Below, in pieces: positions 16,351 through 26,155 of a stretch of 64,000 bases of DNA (the first letter of the stretch is position 1; the number at the start of each line of letters is the position of its first letter). The notes beneath the pieces were generated by a model. It was not told the origin of the DNA. It saw nothing but the letters and a program-made list of their open reading frames with translations, and did no database searches. Made by a program: the position numbers and the translations under genes. This DNA is from Rickettsiales bacterium (GTDB lineage: Bacteria > Pseudomonadota > Alphaproteobacteria > Rickettsiales > UBA3002), in contig JBJXEM010000004.1 in NCBI GenBank assembly GCA_046154225.1, positions 102 through 64,101 on the forward strand. Direction: 5' to 3'.

Positions 16351-17403
16351 ATGAAATTCATCGACGAAGCAAAAATCTACGTGAAATCGGGTGACGGCGG
16401 CGAGGGCTGCATTTCGTTCCGGCGCGAAAAATTCATCCCCGAGGGCGGGCCCGATGGCGGCGATGGCGGGCGCGGCGGCAGCATTATCATGAAGGCGGTG
16501 TCTGGCCTCAACACCCTCGTCGATTACCGCTTCCAGCAACATTTTAAGGGCAAGCGTGGCGGCCACGGCATGGGTAGCCAGCGTTACGGCAAATCAGCCG
16601 AAGACATGCTACTGCTGGTGCCCGTCGGCACCCAGATTTTCGACGAAGACCGGGAAAGTTTGCTGGCCGACCTCACCAAAGCGGGCGACGAAGTGACCCT
16701 CGCCAAAGGCGGTCGCGGCGGCTTGGGCAACATCCATTTCAAATCCAGCACCAACCAGGCCCCGCGCCAAAGCGTGCCCGCCGGCAAAGGCGAGGAACGC
16801 ACGCTGTGGCTCAAATTGAAATTGCTGTCCGACGCCGGGCTACTCGGCCTGCCTAACGCCGGAAAATCGACATTTCTGGGCGCCGTGAGCGCTGCGCGGC
16901 CTAAAATCGCCGACTATCCGTTCACCACCTTGCACCCGCAACTGGGTGTGGTGGGCGTGGGCGACGCCGAATTTGTGCTCGCCGACATTCCGGGCCTCAT
17001 CGAGGGTGCCGCCGATGGCAAAGGGCTCGGCCTTAAATTTCTGGGTCATGTGGAACGCTGCGGCGTATTGCTGCATTTGATCGACGGCACCGCCGACGAT
17101 GTGGCGGCCGCCTACCAGACCGTGCGCCATGAAATTGAAACCTTCGACGCGGAACTGGCCGACAAACCCGAACTGGTCGCGCTGAATAAATGCGACGCCC
17201 TCACCCCCGCCGAAATCAAAAAGAAAAAAGCGGCGCTGAAAAAAGCGAGCGGCAAAAAAGACATCTACACTATTTCCGCCGCCGCGCGCACCGACCTCGA
17301 GCCGCTGCTCGTCGACATGCTGCGTACCATCACCGACTACCGCGAAGAGCAAGCTCCCCCCGGTCTGCCCGACTATTTGCGCGGCCGCGACCCGGCGGAA
17401 TAG
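16351..17403 (+). CDS. obgE: GTPase ObgE/CgtA
   Basis: [19 protein letters not shown] is the Obg fold N-terminus. The G-motifs GLPNAGKST and DIPGLIEGA are present. Confidence 0.92.
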   Translation: MKFIDEAKIYVKSGDGGEGCISFRREKFIPEGGPDGGDGGRGGSIIMKAVSGLNTLVDYRFQQHFKGKRGGHGMGSQRYGKSAEDMLLLVPVGTQIFDEDRESLLADLTKAGDEVTLAKGGRGGLGNIHFKSSTNQAPRQSVPAGKGEERTLWLKLKLLSDAGLLGLPNAGKSTFLGAVSAARPKIADYPFTTLHPQLGVVGVGDAEFVLADIPGLIEGAADGKGLGLKFLGHVERCGVLLHLIDGTADDVAAAYQTVRHEIETFDAELADKPELVALNKCDALTPAEIKKKKAALKKASGKKDIYTISAAARTDLEPLLVDMLRTITDYREEQAPPGLPDYLRGRDPAE

Positions 17404-17446
17404 ATTCGCACTTTCGCCGCCTTGCGCTTTCGCTTATAGCCATTGC

Positions 17447-18568
17447 ATGCACCCCACTCCTTCCATTTCTGCCGCCAAACGTGTTGTCATCAAAATCGGC
17501 TCGAGCCTGATTGCCGATAGCACGAGTGCGCAACTACGCACCGCGTGGCTGGCCACCATGGCCGAAGACATTGCGCAGTTACATGCGGCGGGCAAGGAAG
17601 TGATTCTGGTATCGTCCGGCGCAGTGGCGCTGGGGCGACCACGGGTTGGGCTGGGACTTGGTGCGCTCAGCCTCGAAGAAAAACAAGCCGCCGCTGCTGC
17701 GGGCCAGCCTTTGCTGATTCAGGCATGGCAGCGCGCGTTCGACGCGCACGGCATCAATGTCGCGCAGCTATTGTTGACACTCGACGATACCGAACGCCGC
17801 CGCCGTTACCTGAACGGCCGCGCGACGTTTGCCACCTTGCTATCGCACCGGCTTATTCCCATCGTGAACGAGAACGACACGGTGGCGACGGCCGAGCTGA
17901 AATTCGGAGACAACGACCGCCTCGCCGCGCGCGTCGCGGCCATGGCCGGGGCCGACCTGCTGGTGCTGTTTTCCGACATCGAAGGGCTGTATGACAAAAA
18001 CCCGCACACCCATGCCGACGCCAAACACATCCCCCGCATCGAGTCGCTAACACCCGACATGCTCGCCATGGCGGAAGGGCCCGCGACCGCCTTCAGTAAC
18101 GGCGGCATGAAAACCAAACTCGAGGCCGCAAAAATCGCACTCGATGCGGGCTGCCACATGGCCATCGCGAGCGGCCTGGCCGACCATGCGTTGCAGCAAT
18201 TGCACGCAGGTGGAAAAGCCAGTTGGTTCGTGGCGGGCACCAAGCCTCAGTTGGCGCGTAAACATTGGATTGCTAGTGCCATGCATCTGCCGGGCAGCGT
18301 GGTGATCGACGACGGCGCGGCGAAAGCATTAGCCCAAGGCAAAAGCCTGCTGCCTGCTGGTGTAAAACGCATCGAGGGACGGTTCGACCGTGGCGACACG
18401 GTGGGGGTGAAAAGCGAAACGGACACATTGCTGGCCAAAGGCATCAGCGGCTTTACCTCGGAAGAAGCGACCGCCATCGCCGGAAAAAAGACCGATGCAC
18501 TCGCATCGATTTTAGGTTATGCATGCCGTGACACTCTTATTCATCGTGACGATCTGGTGATGCTATGA
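17447..18568 (+). CDS. proB: glutamate 5-kinase
   Basis: The sequence contains RVVIKIGSS, ILVSSGAVA and a C-terminal PUA-like region. Confidence 0.92.
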   Translation: MHPTPSISAAKRVVIKIGSSLIADSTSAQLRTAWLATMAEDIAQLHAAGKEVILVSSGAVALGRPRVGLGLGALSLEEKQAAAAAGQPLLIQAWQRAFDAHGINVAQLLLTLDDTERRRRYLNGRATFATLLSHRLIPIVNENDTVATAELKFGDNDRLAARVAAMAGADLLVLFSDIEGLYDKNPHTHADAKHIPRIESLTPDMLAMAEGPATAFSNGGMKTKLEAAKIALDAGCHMAIASGLADHALQQLHAGGKASWFVAGTKPQLARKHWIASAMHLPGSVVIDDGAAKALAQGKSLLPAGVKRIEGRFDRGDTVGVKSETDTLLAKGISGFTSEEATAIAGKKTDALASILGYACRDTLIHRDDLVML

Positions 18569-19026
18569 CCCCTCGCTTTCAGTATGCCGGACGGTTGGAA
18601 CGCCTGTTCGCCAACCTGCTCGACACGTTGTTTCTGATGGCGCCGAATCTGCTGCTGGTGAAGTTTTTCGGCGATGGCGGGGTGTCGCTCGTCGCCGGGT
18701 TTTTATGCTACGCGGCCTACTACACTTTTTTTACCGCGTCGGACTGGCAAGCGACGCCGGGCAAGCGGCTGCTGAATATTTTCGTCATCATGCGCAACGG
18801 CCGTAAGCCGGATATGACCGAATCGTTCGAGCGTTTTATCGTCTACCTGTTGCCCACGCTGCCGCTTTACACCAGCGTGCTGTCACCCTGGATGGCGCAA
18901 ACCTTGTTTGTGTGGATGAGCATTTTCTGGTTCGCGCCCATTCTCACCACCCCCGAACGCCGCGGCATCCACGACACACTGGTGGGCACGCGGGTGATGG
19001 CCGGACGCGCAGGAGGCACGCAATGA
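18565..19026 (+). CDS. RDD family membrane protein
   Basis: It shows the YAGRLERLFANLLDTL.. and ..RRGIHDTLVGTRV pattern. ATGA overlaps occur at both ends, with proB and with proA. Confidence 0.7.
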   Translation: MTPRFQYAGRLERLFANLLDTLFLMAPNLLLVKFFGDGGVSLVAGFLCYAAYYTFFTASDWQATPGKRLLNIFVIMRNGRKPDMTESFERFIVYLLPTLPLYTSVLSPWMAQTLFVWMSIFWFAPILTTPERRGIHDTLVGTRVMAGRAGGTQ

Positions 19027-20285
19027 GTATCGTTGGCCAAATGGCAGAAATAGGGGCTGCCGCACGAGCCGCCAGCCGCGTGCTGGCGCAGGCACCCACC
19101 GCACAAAAAAACCGCGCACTGGTGAGTGCTGCCGACGCCATTCGTGCGCGCCGCGCTGAAATTCTCACCGCCAATAAAATGGACATGAATGAGGCCGACG
19201 CGTTAAGCCAGCCCATGCGCGACCGGCTGCTATTGAACGACGCGCGCATCGAGGCCATGGCCGCAGGTGTCGCGCGCGTGGCCGAACTGCCCGACCCCGT
19301 GGGCCGCGTGCTCGAAAGCTGGAACGTAAGCAGCAACGGGCTGCATTTTGAAAAAGTGGCGATTCCGCTCGGCGTCATCGGCATGATTTACGAATCGCGC
19401 CCGAACGTAACCGCCGACGCGGCAGCGATTGCCCTGAAAAGCGGCAACGCCGTTATCCTGCGCGGCGGGTCGGAGAGCCTGGCCTCCAACCGCGTCATCC
19501 TCGCCGCTATGCGCGACGGTTTTCGCGACGCGGGTTTGCCGGAAACAGCCGCGCAACTGGTACCCACCGTCGACCGCGCCGCGGTAGAAATCATGCTGCA
19601 GATGCACGACGTGCTCGACGTGCTGATTCCGCGCGGCGGCAAATCGCTCACCGAACGCGTGCAGCGCGACGCCCGCGTGCCGACATTGCTGCATCTTGAT
19701 GGCAACTGCCATATTTACCTGCACGGCAATGCCGACGCAGCGAAAGCCCGCAGCATTGTGCTCAACGCCAAAATGCGCCGCACGGGTGTCTGCGGCGCGC
19801 TTGAGTCGCTGCTCATCGACCGCGCGGCGTTGATAACCGCTCCGTCCGTACTGCGCGCGCTGCTTGAAGCGGGCTGCGAAATCCGTGGCGATGTGCCGAC
19901 CCAGGCGTTCGACGCACGCATCGTGGCGGCAAGCGAAGAAGATTGGGGCACGGAATATTTGGCCCCCATTCTCTCCGTCAAAATCGTCGACGGGCTCGAA
20001 GCCGCGATCGCCCATATCAACCAATACGGTTCGCACCACACTGACGCCATCATCACCGAAGACGCGGCCGCCGGCGCGCAATTCACCCGCGAGGTGGATA
20101 GTACCATCGTGCTGGTCAATGCCAGCACCCAGTTTGCCGATGGTGGCGAGTTCGGTTTCGGGGCCGAAATCGGCATCGCCACGGGCCGTTTGCACGCACG
20201 CGGGCCGGTGGGCGTGGCGCAGCTTACCACCTATAAGTATATCGTCACCACCCGCCGCCCCGACGGCGCGATCCGGGCAGGCTGA
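19023..20285 (+). CDS. proA: glutamate-5-semialdehyde dehydrogenase
   Basis: The sequence contains IYESRPNVT and NASTQFADGGEFG, ProA motifs. The start is at MSIVGQMAEIG. Confidence 0.92.
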   Translation: MSIVGQMAEIGAAARAASRVLAQAPTAQKNRALVSAADAIRARRAEILTANKMDMNEADALSQPMRDRLLLNDARIEAMAAGVARVAELPDPVGRVLESWNVSSNGLHFEKVAIPLGVIGMIYESRPNVTADAAAIALKSGNAVILRGGSESLASNRVILAAMRDGFRDAGLPETAAQLVPTVDRAAVEIMLQMHDVLDVLIPRGGKSLTERVQRDARVPTLLHLDGNCHIYLHGNADAAKARSIVLNAKMRRTGVCGALESLLIDRAALITAPSVLRALLEAGCEIRGDVPTQAFDARIVAASEEDWGTEYLAPILSVKIVDGLEAAIAHINQYGSHHTDAIITEDAAAGAQFTREVDSTIVLVNASTQFADGGEFGFGAEIGIATGRLHARGPVGVAQLTTYKYIVTTRRPDGAIRAG

Positions 20286-20872
20286 TGCGACGGATCGGCT
20301 TGCTCGGCGGCTCGTTCAACCCGGCCCATGCGGGACATCTGCATATCTCGCTCGAAGCCATGAAGCGCCTCGGCCTCGATGAAATCTGGTGGCTGGTGTC
20401 GCCGCAAAATCCGCTGAAATCATCAGCCGAACTGGGCGATTATGCGTTGCGGTTGGCGCATGCGCACTCACTCGCGAAGCACCCGCGCATTCATGTGCTC
20501 GACCTCGAAGCGCGCCATGGCTTGCGCTACAGCATCGACACGCTGCGCTTCTTGCAGGCTCATCATCCACGCACGCAATTTGTGTGGCTGATGGGAGCCG
20601 ATAACCTGACAAATTTCCACCGCTGGCGCGATTGGCGCGCGATTGCGGCGCGCGTGCCTATTGCCGTGCTCGACCGCGCGCCTTATGGGCTGAAGGCGCT
20701 GCATGGCAAATTTGCCCTCTCGCATCGGCGCGCACGATTGCTGCAGCGCAATATGGCCGGAGTTGCAATGCAGGCTGTGGGTTGGATGTATCTGAGCATT
20801 CCCCGCCACCCGCTTTCGGCGACGTTTTTGCGGAAAACACTTGGAGCGAAAGCGTTTCTCGGCCATAATTAG
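20285..20872 (+). CDS. nadD: nicotinate-nucleotide adenylyltransferase
   Basis: The sequence contains GLLGGSFNPAHAGH and ...SATFLR. Confidence 0.9.
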   Translation: MRRIGLLGGSFNPAHAGHLHISLEAMKRLGLDEIWWLVSPQNPLKSSAELGDYALRLAHAHSLAKHPRIHVLDLEARHGLRYSIDTLRFLQAHHPRTQFVWLMGADNLTNFHRWRDWRAIAARVPIAVLDRAPYGLKALHGKFALSHRRARLLQRNMAGVAMQAVGWMYLSIPRHPLSATFLRKTLGAKAFLGHN

Positions 20873-21004
20873 CCTGTCTCATGGTGAAGGAGAGCCCCTA
20901 TTCCAACCAAGCGCCCAACCAAATCCGCGCCCGCAAGCCGTTCAAAAGCTGCGGCGAAGCCCAAGGCCAAAAAATCTGCCGCTATTAAAGCGCCTGCTAA
21001 AAAA

Positions 21005-21427
21005 GTGGTCGCCAAAAAAACCGTAGCGAAAAAAGCTCCGGTGAAAAAAACCGCGACGAAAAAAGCACCGGTTGCTAAAAAGCAGGCCAGCGACGCCATC
21101 AGCCCGCTGTGCAAAACACTCGGCGCGATCCTCGACGACAACAAGGCCGAGGATATCACCATGCTGAACCTCAAGGACAAATGCAGCTTCGCCGACTTCA
21201 TGATTGTGGCGTCAGGCCGCAGTTCACGCCACGTGTCGGCCCTCGCGCATTACGTAGTGGATGGCTTGAAAAAAGCAGGCCAGCAGCCCATGTCCGTCGA
21301 AGGCCGCGAAACCGGCGACTGGGTGTTGATCGATGCGGGCAACATTGTGGTGCATGTGTTCCGCCCGGAAATCCGACAGTTTTATAACATCGAAAAAATG
21401 TGGGCCCTGCCCGCTATTTCCGGCTAG
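21005..21427 (+). CDS. rsfS: ribosome silencing factor RsfS with Lys/Ala/Pro-rich N-terminal extension (true start probably further upstream, see findings)
   Basis: The core reads KAEDITMLNLKDKCSFADFMIVASGRSSRHV...DWVLIDAGNIVVHVF. The listed start is GTG 21005 from the ORF track. Confidence 0.8.
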   Translation: MVAKKTVAKKAPVKKTATKKAPVAKKQASDAISPLCKTLGAILDDNKAEDITMLNLKDKCSFADFMIVASGRSSRHVSALAHYVVDGLKKAGQQPMSVEGRETGDWVLIDAGNIVVHVFRPEIRQFYNIEKMWALPAISG

Positions 21428-21891
21428 TGCGCATTACCATCGCGGCTGTCGGCCGCGCCAAGCGCGGGCCGGAAGCGGAACTCATCGCCCATTACCTCAA
21501 GCAAATCCGCTGGGACGTAAGCGTCAAAGAAATCGCCGACGCACCTGCAAATCTATCGCCCGATAACCGCAAAGACCGCGAGGCAAAGACCATTTTAGCC
21601 CTTCTTGGCGCTACGGATTTACTGGTCGCGATGGACTCCACCGGTAAAAACCTGACCAGCCCCGAGCTGGCAACACTCATTCAAAAAGCGCAGAAGAACG
21701 CAACGAAACACATCGTCTTCGCCATCGGCGGGCAGGACGGATTAGCGCCGGAACTCTTACGCCGCGCCAAACACACGCTGGCATTCGGGGCCGCCACCTG
21801 GCCCCACCAGTTGCTGCGCGCCATGCTAATGGAGCAGCTTTTTCGTGCCTACAGCATTACGATTGGGCATCCGTATCATGTGGGGCATTGA
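21427..21891 (+). CDS. rlmH: 23S rRNA (pseudouridine1915-N3)-methyltransferase
   Basis: The sequence begins VRITIAAVGRAK and contains ...FAIGGQDG...LAFGAATWPHQL. GTG 21427 overlaps the rsfS stop. The length of 155 aa is typical. Confidence 0.88.
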   Translation: MRITIAAVGRAKRGPEAELIAHYLKQIRWDVSVKEIADAPANLSPDNRKDREAKTILALLGATDLLVAMDSTGKNLTSPELATLIQKAQKNATKHIVFAIGGQDGLAPELLRRAKHTLAFGAATWPHQLLRAMLMEQLFRAYSITIGHPYHVGH

Positions 21892-21903
21892 GTTTTGCAG
21901 TGC

Positions 21904-21997
21904 GTGGTGAGTAGTGGGTAGTGGGTTGTGAAGCACAAAACCTCATGCTAGGCATTCCTCACCATCCACCATCCACCACTCACCACCCACCACTCAC
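21904..21997. repeat. inverted heptanucleotide arrays (H4, unit GTGGTGA / NNCCACC)
   Basis: GTGGTGA GTAGTGG GTAGTGG GTTGTGA (21904-21933) faces CCTCACC ATCCACC ATCCACC ACTCACC ACCCACC ACTCAC (21957-21997). Of 30 positions, 24 are complementary. The array ends at the gpmI ATG. Confidence 0.85.
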
Positions 21998-23515
21998 ATG
22001 AAAAAACCCATCGTTCTTTGCATCCTCGACGGCTGGGGCGAAAGCGCCGAGCAGGCGCACAACGCCATTGCCCAAGCGCGCACGCCGCACTGGGATTCCT
22101 TGCGCGCACGCTGGCCGTTTGGGGTGCTTCACGCCTCGGAATCGCACGTGGGTCTACCTGCCGGGCAAATGGGCAATTCCGAAGTGGGCCACATGAATAT
22201 CGGCGCGGGCCGCATCGTGATGCAGGATTTGCCGCGCATCGACGCGGCCATTGCCGATGGCACCCTCGCCCAGAATGCAGCGCTACTTGATTATATTGCG
22301 GCACTTAAACAATCCGGCGGCACATGCCATTTGCTGGGATTGCTGAGCGACGGCGGCGTGCATTCGCATATCCATCATGTCATGACGCTGGCGAATGTCG
22401 TAGCGGAAGCCGGTGTCGCCGTCGCCATTCACGCCTTCACCGACGGGCGCGACGTGGCCCCAAAATCAGCGCAGCAATTTTTCGAAATGCTGCAGCAAAA
22501 TCTGCACAAAAATGCGCGCATCGTCACCATCAGCGGACGCTATTTCGCCATGGACCGTGACCAGCGTTGGGAGCGTGTCGAGCGGGCATTTCGTGCCATC
22601 GTCTGTCCGTCAGGTGAACATGCCGCAACCGCGCGTGACGCAGTGAACCAAGCCTACGCCGCAAACCTGACAGACGAATTTATCCGCCCCACGGTGATTG
22701 GCGATTATGCAGGTGTCAACACGGGCGACGGTCTGCTGATGGCGAACTTTCGTGCCGACCGCGCGCGGCAATTGCTGCACACGTTGCTCGATGCAACGTT
22801 CGACGGTTTTGCGCGAGAACACGCGCCCAAATGGGCGGCCACGCTGGGACTAGTGGAATACAGCGCGGCGCTCAATCCGCTCATTCCTTCCATGTTCCGA
22901 CCGCAAGCGCTTGCCCATAATCTGGGTGAGTGGGTGGCGCAGCATGGGCTGCAGCAATTGCGCATTGCCGAAACAGAAAAATACGCGCATGTGACGTTCT
23001 TTTTCAATGGTGGGTGCGAGGAGCCGTTCGTGGGTGAATCGCGTATTTTAGTACCGAGCCCGAAAGTCGCGACCTATGATTTGCAGCCGGAAATGAGTGC
23101 GCCGGAAGTGACGGATAAACTTGTCGCGGCCATTGCATCCGGCCAGTTCGATTTCATCGTGGTGAATTACGCCAACACCGACATGGTGGGCCATAGCGGC
23201 GATTTAGCGGCGGCGATGCAAGCGGTCGAGGCAGTGGATGCGTGCCTAGGGCGTGTGAGCGACGCAGTGCTGAACGCAGGCGGCGCCATGCTGATTACCG
23301 CCGACCATGGCAACGCCGAATGCCTGCACGACGACGATTCCGGTCAGGCGCATACGGCGCACACGCTGAACCCTGTGCCGTGCGTTTTGGTCGGCGTCGA
23401 TGGGCCGAAAAGCCTGCGTACCGGCATTCTGGCCGATATCGCGCCGACTTTGTGCCAGTTGCTGCACATCACCCCGCCGCCGGAAATGACCGGCAAAAGC
23501 CTGCGCGATGCGTAA
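21998..23515 (+). CDS. gpmI: 2,3-bisphosphoglycerate-independent phosphoglycerate mutase
   Basis: The sequence contains ILDGWG, NSEVGHMNIGAGR and ADHGNAE. Confidence 0.95.
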   Translation: MKKPIVLCILDGWGESAEQAHNAIAQARTPHWDSLRARWPFGVLHASESHVGLPAGQMGNSEVGHMNIGAGRIVMQDLPRIDAAIADGTLAQNAALLDYIAALKQSGGTCHLLGLLSDGGVHSHIHHVMTLANVVAEAGVAVAIHAFTDGRDVAPKSAQQFFEMLQQNLHKNARIVTISGRYFAMDRDQRWERVERAFRAIVCPSGEHAATARDAVNQAYAANLTDEFIRPTVIGDYAGVNTGDGLLMANFRADRARQLLHTLLDATFDGFAREHAPKWAATLGLVEYSAALNPLIPSMFRPQALAHNLGEWVAQHGLQQLRIAETEKYAHVTFFFNGGCEEPFVGESRILVPSPKVATYDLQPEMSAPEVTDKLVAAIASGQFDFIVVNYANTDMVGHSGDLAAAMQAVEAVDACLGRVSDAVLNAGGAMLITADHGNAECLHDDDSGQAHTAHTLNPVPCVLVGVDGPKSLRTGILADIAPTLCQLLHITPPPEMTGKSLRDA

Positions 23516-24653
23516 GCGTGCCGCTGCGCTTGTACTTATGCTTGCAGCCTTGCCAGCCCTTGCCGCCAGCCCGCCGCGCGAACAACTGAATACCACGCTT
23601 GAGACTCTGGAATCGCGAAAACACGAAGCCGCGCAGCTGCAACAAAAAGCCGCCCTTAACCAGCAACAATTGGCTGAAACGCAGCAACGCGCGGCCAGCC
23701 TTGCCGAGCGGTTGCAAGTGAGCGAGCGTCGCGTCAGCAAGCAAGAAGACGCCCTCGCCGACACTACGCGCAAGCTGGCCGACACACAGGCGCAATTCGA
23801 CACTCGTAAACAAGAATACGCTGCGACCGTCGTGAATTTGCTGCGCATGCATGCGGTGCCGCCCACGGCGGTATTTACCGACACGCGCGATATTCACGCT
23901 CTCATGCAGGCCGCTTCGGTGTTGCAAAACACCAACGGCGCACTGGCCAAACAGGCGCTGAAACTGAAGGCACAAATGCAGCAATTGCGCGATTTGCGAC
24001 GCGAAGCCAGCACGCGCGAAGCTTCCACCCGCACCGAGCGCGCCGCCCTTCAGCTCGAGCAGCAAAAACTGGCGCAGGAAGTGAAATTGCGCCAGCAGGC
24101 CCAGGCGAAACTAAGCGCCGACCAGGCCGAGGCGGAAGCTGCCGTCGCCACCCTGTCGCGTGAATCGGCCAACTTGCAGGAGCTGATTGGCAAGCTGGAG
24201 GAGGAGCGCAAAAGCCGCCCCACGCCCGCAAAGCCCGCGCGCAAACCCACCGGCACGACAAGCGCCGGTGGTTTGCGCGCGGCGGTTGCGGGCGAGATCA
24301 CCCACCGCTTCGGCGAACATAAAAACGCCAACGAAAACTGGCGCGGCGTGGTGGTGCGCACGCGTGCTAAAGCCACCGTAGTCTCGCCCGCCGATGGCGA
24401 AATTGTGTTCACCGGCCCTTTTCGCGACTATGGCACGATGGTACTTATTAAGCACCGCTCGGGGTTGATTTCGCTGATTGCGGGCCTGGGCGAAGTGCGC
24501 GCCAGCCTCAATCAGCAGGTATTGCGCGGCGAGCCGGTGGGCACGATGCCCGAAGGGCGCGCGCCCGAGGCTTACATCGAATTAAGGGATAGGGATTCCA
24601 AGCCTATTGACCCGGGCGGTGGGTTCGCTAATCTCGACGGCAATCACGCGTAG
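23508..24653 (+). CDS. murein hydrolase activator EnvC-like (coiled coil plus M23/LytM domain)
   Basis: It has a signal peptide, a long Q/A/E-rich coiled coil, and a C-terminal M23-like domain (VVSPADGEIVFTGPFRDYG..VLIKH). Confidence 0.8.
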   Translation: MRKRAAALVLMLAALPALAASPPREQLNTTLETLESRKHEAAQLQQKAALNQQQLAETQQRAASLAERLQVSERRVSKQEDALADTTRKLADTQAQFDTRKQEYAATVVNLLRMHAVPPTAVFTDTRDIHALMQAASVLQNTNGALAKQALKLKAQMQQLRDLRREASTREASTRTERAALQLEQQKLAQEVKLRQQAQAKLSADQAEAEAAVATLSRESANLQELIGKLEEERKSRPTPAKPARKPTGTTSAGGLRAAVAGEITHRFGEHKNANENWRGVVVRTRAKATVVSPADGEIVFTGPFRDYGTMVLIKHRSGLISLIAGLGEVRASLNQQVLRGEPVGTMPEGRAPEAYIELRDRDSKPIDPGGGFANLDGNHA

Positions 24654-24692
24654 TGTTTTTGCCGCGCTTCACCTTTTATCCACGGATTGTTC

Positions 24693-26147
24693 ATGCGCCA
24701 TCGTTCCAGCTTCATCGCCCTCGCCCTGCTCACCAGTATGGCGTTTGTTGTGCCACCGGCGATGGCGAAAGACACGCCGCCCGCGCCCGCCAATTCCGGC
24801 AGCTCGACCTATGAACTGCTGAACCTGTTTGGCGAAGTGTTCGACCGCGTGCGCACCGACTATGTCGAGCCGGTGGCCGACGACAAACTGATTGAGTCGG
24901 CGTTGAACGGCATGCTCACTTCGCTCGACCCGCATTCGAGCTACATGAACGAAAAACAATTCGCCGACATGCGCATCACCACCAAAGGCGAATTCGGCGG
25001 CCTCGGCATCGAAGTGACGATGGAAAACGGGCTGGTGAAAGTGGTCTCGCCGATCGACGACACACCCGCGGCCAAAGCGGGCGTGAAGCCGAACGATTTC
25101 ATCAGCGAAATCGACGGCACGCCGGTGATGGGCCTGTCGCTGTCGGACGCGGTAGAGAAAATGCGTGGGCCGGTTGGCACCACGGTGAAAATTTCCATCC
25201 TGCGCGAAGGCCTCAAGGAGCCTTTGAAAATCGCCCTCAAGCGCGACACGATTAAAATCCAGTCGGTGCGCAGCCGCTCGGAAAACGACGTGATTTACCT
25301 GCGCGTCAGCTCGTTCTCGGAGAATACGTCGGACGCGATGAAAGCGGCGTTTGAGAAAGAAAAGAAAAATATCGGCGCGAAACTGAAAGGCGTCGTGCTC
25401 GATTTGCGTAACAACCCGGGCGGCCTGCTCGACCAGGCGATTGCCGTGTCGGATGCATTCCTTGACCATGGCGAAATCGTCTCGACCCGCAGTCGCAAGC
25501 CCGACGATTCGCGCCGCTACAGCGCCACAAGCGGCGACATCGCCAATGGTTTGCCTATCGTGGTGCTCATCAACGAAGGCTCGGCGAGCGCTTCGGAAAT
25601 TGTCGCAGGTGCCCTGAAAGACCATAAACGCGCTGTCGCACTTGGCACCAAAACCTTCGGTAAAGGCTCGGTGCAAACGGTGATCCCGATTGATGGGCAC
25701 GGAGCGATTCGCCTGACCACGGCACGTTATTACACGCCGTCCGGCACCTCGATTCAGGCGACCGGCATTACCCCTGATATTCAGGTGCAGCAGGCGAAAG
25801 TGGAAGCGCTGAAAGGCGACCGCACCAGCTTCTCGGAAGCCAACCTGCCGGGTCATTTGAACAACGACCAGCAACCGGTGCCCGCAGGCGCTCCGGCGGC
25901 CGACGCCGACGTAACGCCCGATAGTAAAGACACCAAAAAAGACGGCAAAAAGGACGACAGCGCGAGCGACTACCAGCTTAGCCGCGCGCTCGACCTGATC
26001 CGTGCGGTGTCGATCTATCAGCGGGTGAATAGTGGCGACGACGGAGCTGCCGCGACGCCAGCGGCGGCGGACGGCAAAGCTGCGGCAGAAACACCGCAAA
26101 TTGTGCCCGCCGAGAAGCCCAGCAGTTCGCGTAAGCCTAAAAAGTAA
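24693..26147 (+). CDS. ctpA: carboxy-terminal processing peptidase S41
   Basis: It has a PDZ region (GLGIEV...VVSPIDDTPAAKAGV), LDLRNNPGG and NEGSASASEIVAGAL. Confidence 0.9.
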   Translation: MRHRSSFIALALLTSMAFVVPPAMAKDTPPAPANSGSSTYELLNLFGEVFDRVRTDYVEPVADDKLIESALNGMLTSLDPHSSYMNEKQFADMRITTKGEFGGLGIEVTMENGLVKVVSPIDDTPAAKAGVKPNDFISEIDGTPVMGLSLSDAVEKMRGPVGTTVKISILREGLKEPLKIALKRDTIKIQSVRSRSENDVIYLRVSSFSENTSDAMKAAFEKEKKNIGAKLKGVVLDLRNNPGGLLDQAIAVSDAFLDHGEIVSTRSRKPDDSRRYSATSGDIANGLPIVVLINEGSASASEIVAGALKDHKRAVALGTKTFGKGSVQTVIPIDGHGAIRLTTARYYTPSGTSIQATGITPDIQVQQAKVEALKGDRTSFSEANLPGHLNNDQQPVPAGAPAADADVTPDSKDTKKDGKKDDSASDYQLSRALDLIRAVSIYQRVNSGDDGAAATPAAADGKAAAETPQIVPAEKPSSSRKPKK

Positions 26148-26155
26148 GGACAGAC

